Source: Acidobacteriota bacterium
GTDB taxonomy: Bacteria; Acidobacteriota; Thermoanaerobaculia; UBA5066; Gp7-AA6
Direction of reading: 5' to 3'
Assembly (NCBI GenBank): GCA_020199905.1
Contig: JAIVJS010000071.1
Span: 8,668 to 72,667, forward strand
DNA length: 64,000 nt
The translations under genes were made by a program, and so were the position numbers. The notes under the pieces were generated by a model that searched no databases, was not told the DNA's origin, and was given only the letters and a program-made list of their open reading frames with translations. Below are positions 30,501-37,686 of the stretch, in pieces (the first letter of the stretch is position 1; each line of letters starts with the position of its first letter).

Positions 30501-31562
30501 GCGGGGTCTGTCGGTCCCGGGAACGCGTCGGCCGCGAGCGGGGCGTTCGCCTCTTCGAGGACCGAGAGCCCCATGGCGCGGGCGAGGTTGACGCGCGCTT
30601 CGTTGACGGCGCGCGCGGCGTTGAAGACGAGGCTCTGGTCCCCCGCCTGGCTCGCGAGCACACGCGCCCGTTCGGAGCGCGGGATCTCGTCGCCGGAAAT
30701 GAGCGCGTTGGTGACGTCGACGCGCCGGTTCTGGAGCTCGACCGACTTTCTGGCGATGTCCAGCTGCTCCAAACTGCTCGAGGTTCCGCTTGCCCTTGAA
30801 GCGGTCCGACTCGAAGCTCCCCTTGAAGATGAGTCCCGGGGTGATGCCGTTGCGCGCCGGCTGGATCAGCTGGAGATCGATGTTGCCCGCGATGCTCTGG
30901 TTTTCCTTCGGGAGGGGACCGAGATCCGCGAGCTTCTGCCGCTCGCTCGCGAGCTCGATCTCGGATTGATTGAAGACACGCTGGTTGGTCGAGAGCCCGC
31001 GCGCTATCAGGTCCCGTCGGAGGTTCTCGTAGATCGCCCTCACTTCCGGGTCGGTCGTGTTTCGGATCGTCGTATTGAGGATGTCGAACTGGGTCTGCTC
31101 GCCCGTATCCGTCAGGCGGAAGCCGGTCGGATCGAGCGCGAGGCGCTGGTACTCGCCGATCGCCGACTGCGCGGTGTCGCGTGTCTGCGTGATGTCGGCG
31201 ATGCTCTTCTGAATGTCCGTGCGACGTTTCTGCTCCGCGATCACCTGCGACCGGGTCAGGGCCGTCTGGGTGAGCGAAAAGTTCAGGTTCCCGAGGAGAG
31301 TGAGATCGAAACGGCCGGTTTCCGTCTGCGCCACACCCTCCTGCAGCCGCGTCTGCTGCTCGGAGAGCTTGATGTTGGGATCGTGCTGGAGCGTGAGCCG
31401 CACGGCGTCGATCAGGGAAATGCGGTTGTCCGGAAACGTCAGCGCGGGAGGGTCGTAGGGCGCCGCCGGAGCGTCCCGGTGCGTGTCCGCGGCGAGCAGC
31501 GGACCGCACGATACGGCCATCAGGAGAACGATCGGACGCAACCGCGCGGGCAACGCGTTCAT
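27575..31562 (-). CDS. TolC-family outer membrane protein with two tandem TolC-like domains; frameshifted deletion at ~30770
   Basis: signal peptide; two homologous halves (ISLIDAVRLTL/IRLADAVRRTL; GDEIPRSE/GDEIPRAE; GQSSLIDTILT/GEISLLDAILT; LRFESG/LRFETG) joined by a Pro/Ala/Thr linker. Confidence 0.8.
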
Positions 31563-34457
31563 CTGCGGACTCCTTTGTCGGCGGCCGAAGGCGCCGGCGA
31601 AGAATTTCGATGTAAGGACTGAACAAAACGTAGCATCGGCGCGCGAGCGGCGTCAAGGCCGCGACCGCCGCGAGGGGACTCTTCGAAGAGCAGCACGCAC
31701 GGAAGAAAATCGGGCGCCGCGGACCTCAAGAGCGCATAGCCGATTCCCGAGAGCCCGCGGAAGAAGCCGGGGTCGGCCGGGGCGGAATCGTTTCCCTCGT
31801 TTTCGAGGCGGAAGCTTCCGCGGGCGATCGCGGCGTGCAGCAGGGCGGCGATCCGAAGGTCCGCCGCGCGGCGCCAGTCGTCGCGCCCCGCGGCCTGCCC
31901 GGCCGCGAGGAAGATCTCCGCGAGTCCGGCGTTTCCGCAGCAGAGATGGTCCGTCGAGAGAAGGCCGGTCGCCAGGGCGGCGGACATCGCGCGCTCGAGC
32001 TCGCCCGAGAGGGACGGGTCCGGAGACCGGGCGAGCATTCCCGCGCGAGCGAGAGCGATTCCCGGAGCGCCGTGACACCACGCCTTCATGAAGACCGGCG
32101 GACGGCTCGGAACGGGCGAAAGCACGGGCCAGTTGCCCTGCGCCGCGTCGTACAGGCTTTCCTCGTAAAGACGCGCCTCTGCGGCGGCGGCGGCGAACCG
32201 TTCTCGGCCCCCCGCCTCGGAGAGCCGCGCGAGCGCCAGAGAGATGCCCGCCGCTCCGTGCGCCAGACCGGCCAGGCACGTCCCGCCCGGCGACTCCCAA
32301 CCCCATCCGCCGCCGGTGATCCGCTTCGCCCCCGCGAGCAGAGAGTCGCCGCACACCGTTGCGGCTTCGAGCGCCGCCGGATCGCCCGTCAGCCCGTAGA
32401 GCGCCAGCAGTCCGAGCGCGGCGCCCGCCGCGCCGCCCTCGACGTCCGGTATCGCGGTGCCGCCGATCCGCGCGCCGGTGATGCGCGCGGCCGCGCGGCG
32501 CGCGAGCCGCAGGAAGTCGGGGTCGCCCGAGATCGAGGCGATGGCCGCGAGACCGTATACGAGCGAGCCCGTTCCGTCGCCGGCCCCGATCGACTCTCCG
32601 GGCGCCGGTGCCGCGTCTTCCCCGTCCGCGTCCAGGGCGTGCGCGATCGGCCGGCAGACCTCGCGCGCCGCCTCCAAAAACGAGGAGTCCTTCGCGACGG
32701 ACGCCAGGGCCGCGAAGAAGACCGCGATGCCGGCGGCCCCCGAATAGAGGCCCGTCCCGCCGGCCGCCGGCCGCGCGGCCAGAGTCCTCCTCACGTCCTC
32801 CCCGATCCCGCGCGCGAGCCGCAGGAGCTCCGAGGGAGAGAAGCCCGGGTCGCCGGGCGGCCGGCCGGATCGGGATGAGGGCGGAGCGAGCCTCGGACGG
32901 AGCCACGCGACCTGACCCGCCAGGCCTTCTTCCGACATCGCGGCCAGCCGTCGCCTCGCGGCCTCCAGCCCCGACCGCACGATGCGTCCCTCGATCGGAT
33001 CGCCTCCCGCCACGGGAATTTCGCGAGCGTCCACCGGGACGCGGAAGTACGGGACGTCGAGCCTCTCCAGCGCGGAGCGCTCTTCCTGCGTGAGACGCCA
33101 CAGCGCCGGCGGTCGATCGTCTTCGCGGAAGACACGGTTCAGAGAATCGATCGCGAAGCTGCGCGAGACGCCATCGCGAAGGTGCCCCGGCGCGGCGAGC
33201 TCAAGGAGGAGGCGGGCGTAGGTCTCACTCGCGCGAAGCACCAGGCGCGTCGAGATGCCGGCGAAGGCATCGAGCGGACCGCCGGGCGAGCCAATCCCGC
33301 GGCGATGTTCGATCAGGGCGCGATAGGCGTCGGAGAACCCGCGCTCGAGTTCCTCCGGGAAATCGTCCGGCAGGAGAGCGTGCCCGTCAAAAATCGGAAG
33401 ATTCATCGGGCTGGCCGGGGAGGTCGCAGCGGTCGTCTCCATCGCGTCCGTGCCGGGACGGGGGAAGGTCGGCCTCACCGCCGCCGCGCCGCCCCGCAGA
33501 CCGGACAGCTCCGAGACGTCCCCCGACCGCTCGACCCGCGGCGACGTGAGAAGGCCCGAGCGAAGCGCCGACTCGCGCCACTCCCGCGCGAACCGGCCGA
33601 TCGCGCCCGATCGTCCCTCGTCCGCCGCCGCGAACTCCGGCTGCAGCGCCGACTCGGCATCGACGATCGCGGGGCCATCGGCCGACCCGATCACGTTCTC
33701 GACATGGAGGTCGTCCAGACCCATGAGCCAGGCGGCGCAGAGGAGAGCGCCCGACCGGCGGACATAGGCGCGGGCGCCGCCCTCCTCCGCGAGAGCCCCG
33801 CGCTCGATGAGCTCGAAGTATCCATAGTCGTCCCGGGAAAGGGCCACGACGGGCCGCAGCCCCAGGGAGGGGACGCGCCCGCCGAGCCAGGAGAGGAACC
33901 CGTCCCACGCCGCTTCCGCCCGCGGGTCCCGGGGCTTGTAGACGACCGCCGCGCCATTTTCGAATCGGAGAACGCTGACCGTGCGGCCTCCCCGGTGACG
34001 GTCGGAAATCGACGGAACGATCCCGATGACGGGCCCCTCCGCTCGGAAGCGCTCCGCCAGCGCCCTCCGATCGGCGGAGAGGCGCGCCGCGAGTTCGTTC
34101 GTCGTGTCGACCCAGCTCTCCGACAGGATGGCGAGCTGCCGGGCGAGGACCCGGAAAGGCGACGCCGGCATCGACATCGACCGGGAGCGCGGTGTCCCCG
34201 CGCGCGGCCCGGGAAAGGTAGGACGCGAAGACCGCCGTCCACGGAGGCAGCGCGCCGCCCGGGAAGGTGACGGGAACGGCCAGCGCCGCGTTGACCCGCG
34301 CCTCGTCGAGACCGTCCCACGCGAGCCGACGGGCGAACGCGTCCTCCCGCCCTCCCGCCACCATGCGAGCCCACCCCGCGAGTCGCGGGTCGGTTTCCGG
34401 ACCGGGGACCGGTTCGCGGATGCCTCGGGCGAGATCGAGTCTCTCGTCCAGGCTCAT
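31559..34457 (-). CDS. lanM: class II lanthipeptide synthetase LanM (ProcM-like CCG); frameshifted deletion at ~34151
   Basis: SDRHRGG, VVYKPRD, DDLHVEN, IVDAES (dehydratase); GLAHGAAG, WCHGAPG, HLCCGNAG, GFFRGLSGIG (cyclase). Confidence 0.93.
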
Positions 34458-34571
34458 CGCGCGAGCGGCGATCTCCGCGACCCGGTCGAAGGTCAGAGCG
34501 CCTCCACGAAGGAAGCGAGGCCACCTTCCATGCCGGAAGGTGGCCTCGTCGCAATCCCGAGATGCGGAGAG

Positions 34572-34892
34572 TTAGACGAGCTTGATTTCGACGTGGGTGT
34601 TGATCCCGCCCTGCGCCTTGTTGCAGTTGTGGTCCAGGAAGCCCCCGGCCACCATCTCGAGCGCGCTGTCGGAGAGCTCCGCGCCGGCCTTCGGCACGAA
34701 GGGGACGACCACGTAGAGCGTGTCGGCCGTTTCCTCGACCGCCTTGACCTTCATGCCCGAGGGGAGGGTCGTGTTCAACTGCTTCTCCATCGTGCCCTTC
34801 GGATCCTTCATGAGCGCCTCGCGATACTTGGGGTCGTTCGCCGCGAACTTTCCGAGAAGATCCTGAATCTCTCCGCGACTGATGTCGGCCAT
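34572..34892 (-). CDS. NHLP-leader RiPP precursor peptide
   Basis: nitrile-hydratase-like leader (DPKYREALMKDPK...KAVEETADTLYVVVP...ELSDSALEMVAGG), 22-aa core FLDHNCNKAQGGINTHVEIKLV; strong GAAGGAGG RBS. Confidence 0.95.
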   Translation of the reverse strand: MADISRGEIQDLLGKFAANDPKYREALMKDPKGTMEKQLNTTLPSGMKVKAVEETADTLYVVVPFVPKAGAELSDSALEMVAGGFLDHNCNKAQGGINTHVEIKLV

Positions 34893-34951
34893 GGGAACCT
34901 CCTTCGATGTTCAGCCGGAAGTGGCTGAGCTCTTTGTTTGCCCGGAGAGAT

Positions 34952-34967
34952 TGCACGCCGGGTGCCA
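34952..34967 (-). promoter_or_regulatory. sigma-54 (-24/-12) promoter of the RiPP operon
   Basis: TGGCACCCGGCGTGCA = TGGCAC-N5-(G)TGCA with exact GG-N10-GC spacing, ~60 bp upstream of the precursor ATG and just downstream of a bEBP gene. Confidence 0.85.
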
Positions 34968-35086
34968 CGGCTCTTTTCCAGTAAACGAAAGAAAACAGAT
35001 GGCTTAGACATGAGACGTTGAAATGGCGTGGAGGTGCGGCTCCATTTGAAGGAGCCACCGCTCCAGAGGAGCGTCCGAGAAGCAGG

Positions 35087-36154
35087 TCAGGGCTTCAGGT
35101 CGTGGTGCCGGAGAAAATCCATCAGCTTCTGATAGTCGGCCGAAGGCAGCCGGAACACGTGGAGTAGCTGCCTGTAGCTCCCTCCGGCGTCGAACAGCCC
35201 CTGCCGGATGAGCGCCTTCACCTGAGAACGATTCAACGTGCGGTCCAGAAACGGCGAGTGCACGAGCTCCCAGAAGCCCCCGCCGTTGGAAGTCATCCGC
35301 CGGTAGAGGTCGTGCGACGGGTCTTCGCTTCCCGGGGGGCCCTCCGAGAGATGGGCCATGAAGTGCTGCGGCTCTATCAGATCGCTGTCCGCCAGCGCGT
35401 ATCCCGTCGTGGTGACGCTGATGAGCTCGCGAACGTTGCCCGGCCATTCGTAGTCCTCGAGCATCTTGAGAGACGCCTGGGAAAAACGCCGGGAGGCTCC
35501 GTACTGCGCGCGCAGCCTCTGCAGGGTGTGCTCGAGGAGATAGAACCAGTCGTTCTCCCGCTCTCTCAACGCGGGAACGCGGATCAGGAAGTAGCAGAGG
35601 CGGTGGTAGAGATCGTGTCGAAATCCGGCGCTCGCGATCAGCTGGGTCAGGGGCCGGTTCGTGGCGGCGACGATCCGCACGTTCACCGATTGAGTGATCT
35701 CGGAGCCGAGCGGCTGGAACTCCCCGTTGGCCAGCGAGCGCAGGAGCATCACCTGCGCGCTCATGTGGAGGTCTCCGATCTCATCTAAAAAGATCACTCC
35801 CCTGTCCGCCGTCTCGAAGCATCCGCGGCGATCCGAGGAAGCGCCCGTGAAGCTGCCCTTCTTGTGTCCGAAGAGCTCGCTGACGGTCAGGTTGCCTTCG
35901 ACGTACTGCGGACAATTGACCGAGACGAAGGGCTTTCCCCGCCGCGGGCCCATCAGGTAGACCGCCTGCGCCAGCGCCTCCTTGCCCGAACCGCTCTCGC
36001 CGGTGATGAGGACGGGCTCGTTGAACGACGCGACCTTTTCGATCGTCTTCTGTATGTCCAGAAACTTCGCCGCCGCGCCGACCATCTCGACGGCTCGCCG
36101 GTATCCCCATTCGGTGATCGAGGCTTTGCGCACGCGCAGCGCAAAATCGCTCAT
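35087..36154 (-). CDS. sigma-54-dependent activator (bEBP) lacking an N-terminal sensor domain
   Basis: GESGSGKE, ELFGHKKGSFTGA, FLDEIG, WPGNVREL; ATG 36154 after GGAGG, AAA+ domain begins within ~25 aa. Confidence 0.92.
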   Translation of the reverse strand: MSDFALRVRKASITEWGYRRAVEMVGAAAKFLDIQKTIEKVASFNEPVLITGESGSGKEALAQAVYLMGPRRGKPFVSVNCPQYVEGNLTVSELFGHKKGSFTGASSDRRGCFETADRGVIFLDEIGDLHMSAQVMLLRSLANGEFQPLGSEITQSVNVRIVAATNRPLTQLIASAGFRHDLYHRLCYFLIRVPALRERENDWFYLLEHTLQRLRAQYGASRRFSQASLKMLEDYEWPGNVRELISVTTTGYALADSDLIEPQHFMAHLSEGPPGSEDPSHDLYRRMTSNGGGFWELVHSPFLDRTLNRSQVKALIRQGLFDAGGSYRQLLHVFRLPSADYQKLMDFLRHHDLKP

Positions 36155-36265
36155 CGCCTCCGGCGAGTAAGAGCTCAAGAGACCCCTCCCTGGGACGGCG
36201 GGACGAGCGGTGCCGCCGTCCCGCGATCTGCCTCGGTCCTCGTGCTTGTGTGAGGGAATCTTAGT

Positions 36266-36345
36266 CGGGAAACGGGAAACGGGGAAACGGGAAACGACCG
36301 AGCAGGCAGCGCGGCCCCGTTCCGTCTCCCGCCTCCCGCCTTCCC
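36266..36345. repeat. 7-nt tandem repeats (GGGAAAC; CTCCCGC)
   Basis: cgggaaacgggaaacggggaaacgggaaac and ctcccgcctcccgcc. Confidence 0.75.
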
Positions 36346-36403
36346 CCTGCCGCCTGCCGGGCTGCGCCGAGGCGCCGCAGCGCCGCGTATAAGCTCTTTG
36401 GGT

Positions 36404-37075
36404 ATGAAGATTCTGAAGCTCCTGCTCCTCCCGGGAATGGCGGCCATGGTCGCCGCGGCCTTCCTCTGGCCGCGCCCGGCAGAGGGATTTCTCGGCGAGT
36501 CTTCGCGAATCGTCTTTTTTCACGTCCCGTGCGCCTGGACGGCGAGCCTCGCGTTCCTGGTCGCGGCCGGGTACTCCGCAGCCTATCTGGCGCGAGGCAA
36601 CCCGTGGCATGACGAGATCGCGGCGTCGGCCATCCGCCTCGGCGTGCTCTTTGCCGTGCTCACGCTCGTCACGGGATCCCTCTTCGCCAGGATCATGTGG
36701 GGCGCGTACTGGAACTGGGACCCGCGGGAGTCCTCTTTTCTCCTGCTCCTCTTCCTCTACGGCGCTTATCTGTTCCTCCGCGCCGCCATCGACGACACCG
36801 TCCGCCGAGGGCGGATCGCGGCGGCCTATGCCCTCTTTGCCGCCGTGCTCATGCCGTTTCTCGTTTTCGTGGCCCCCCGCGTGACGGCCTCGCTTCACCC
36901 TCAGACCGTCATCAACCCGCAGGGAAAGATCCTGATGGACACCCCGACGCGGGTCGTTTTCTTCGCCGGGCTCGCCGGCTTTACCGCCGTCTTTCTCTGG
37001 ATTCTGTCGCTCGACGCTCGCGCATCGCGACTGGTTCGGACAGCGCGAGAAAGGGCGGCCCGGGCTTCCATCTGA
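36404..37075 (+). CDS. ccmC: heme exporter protein C
   Basis: FFHVPCAW, WGAYWNWDPRE (WWD domain), SLHP. Confidence 0.93.
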   Translation: MKILKLLLLPGMAAMVAAAFLWPRPAEGFLGESSRIVFFHVPCAWTASLAFLVAAGYSAAYLARGNPWHDEIAASAIRLGVLFAVLTLVTGSLFARIMWGAYWNWDPRESSFLLLLFLYGAYLFLRAAIDDTVRRGRIAAAYALFAAVLMPFLVFVAPRVTASLHPQTVINPQGKILMDTPTRVVFFAGLAGFTAVFLWILSLDARASRLVRTARERAARASI

Positions 37076-37168
37076 CCGGGCGGAAATGTCCTTTCCTGAA
37101 GCCGCGTTGCATCCGGTGATTCTCGATGCCTGTTTGCTTTTGACCGCCGGGACGGAGACACTCCTTCC

Positions 37169-37279
37169 ATGAACAGCCTGGGGTTCCTGGCCGCCGTGAA
37201 CGTGGTCGTCTGGGCCGGACTCTTCTTCTATCTCTGGCGCCTGGACCGGCGCATTTCCGAGCGGGAGCGCGAGCGATGA
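37169..37279 (+). CDS. ccmD: CcmD family protein
   Basis: Not in the ORF track; MNSLGFLAAVNVVVWAGLFFYLWRLDRRISERERER between ccmC and ccmE, ATGA-coupled to ccmE. Confidence 0.85.
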   Translation: MNSLGFLAAVNVVVWAGLFFYLWRLDRRISERERER

Positions 37280-37686
37280 AAAAGGGCTACTGGATTGCCG
37301 CCGTCCTCGCCGCGGGGTTCATTCTTCTGGGAGTCACGGCCTTTCAAAAAACGCTCACGCCGTACCTCTCCTTCGACGAGGCCCGCCGCGCGCGAGGCAC
37401 CGTGCAGGTGATGGGCAGCCTCGACAAGCAGAGCGACCGGTACGACACCGGCCGGCAGGAGCTCTCGTTCGACATACTGGACGGGTCCGGCCACCGGATG
37501 CCCGTCGTCTATCGAGGGATCAAGCCGGGGAACTTCAAGGACGCAATCTCGGTCGTCGCCATCGGCCGCTATCAGAAGGGCCGCATCGACGCGGAGCGTC
37601 TTCTGGTCAAGTGCCCTTCCAAGTACCAGGGCGCGGAAGTCGAGAAGGCCTATGGGGCGTCTCCGAAGGCGGTGGGTCGGACCTGA
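37276..37686 (+). CDS. ccmE: heme chaperone CcmE, CxxxY type
   Basis: N-terminal TM, VVYRGIKP, LLVKCPSKY. Confidence 0.92.
   Translation: MKKGYWIAAVLAAGFILLGVTAFQKTLTPYLSFDEARRARGTVQVMGSLDKQSDRYDTGRQELSFDILDGSGHRMPVVYRGIKPGNFKDAISVVAIGRYQKGRIDAERLLVKCPSKYQGAEVEKAYGASPKAVGRT

Noticed and set aside
14275..36403. Active mobile element (ICE, prophage or transposon)
   Set aside because: No integrase, transposase, tRNA target or clear direct repeats at the borders
36155..36898. N-terminal extension of the sigma-54 activator in the ORF track (603 aa)
   Set aside because: It overlaps ccmC antisense and a repeat patch; an RBS supports ATG 36154
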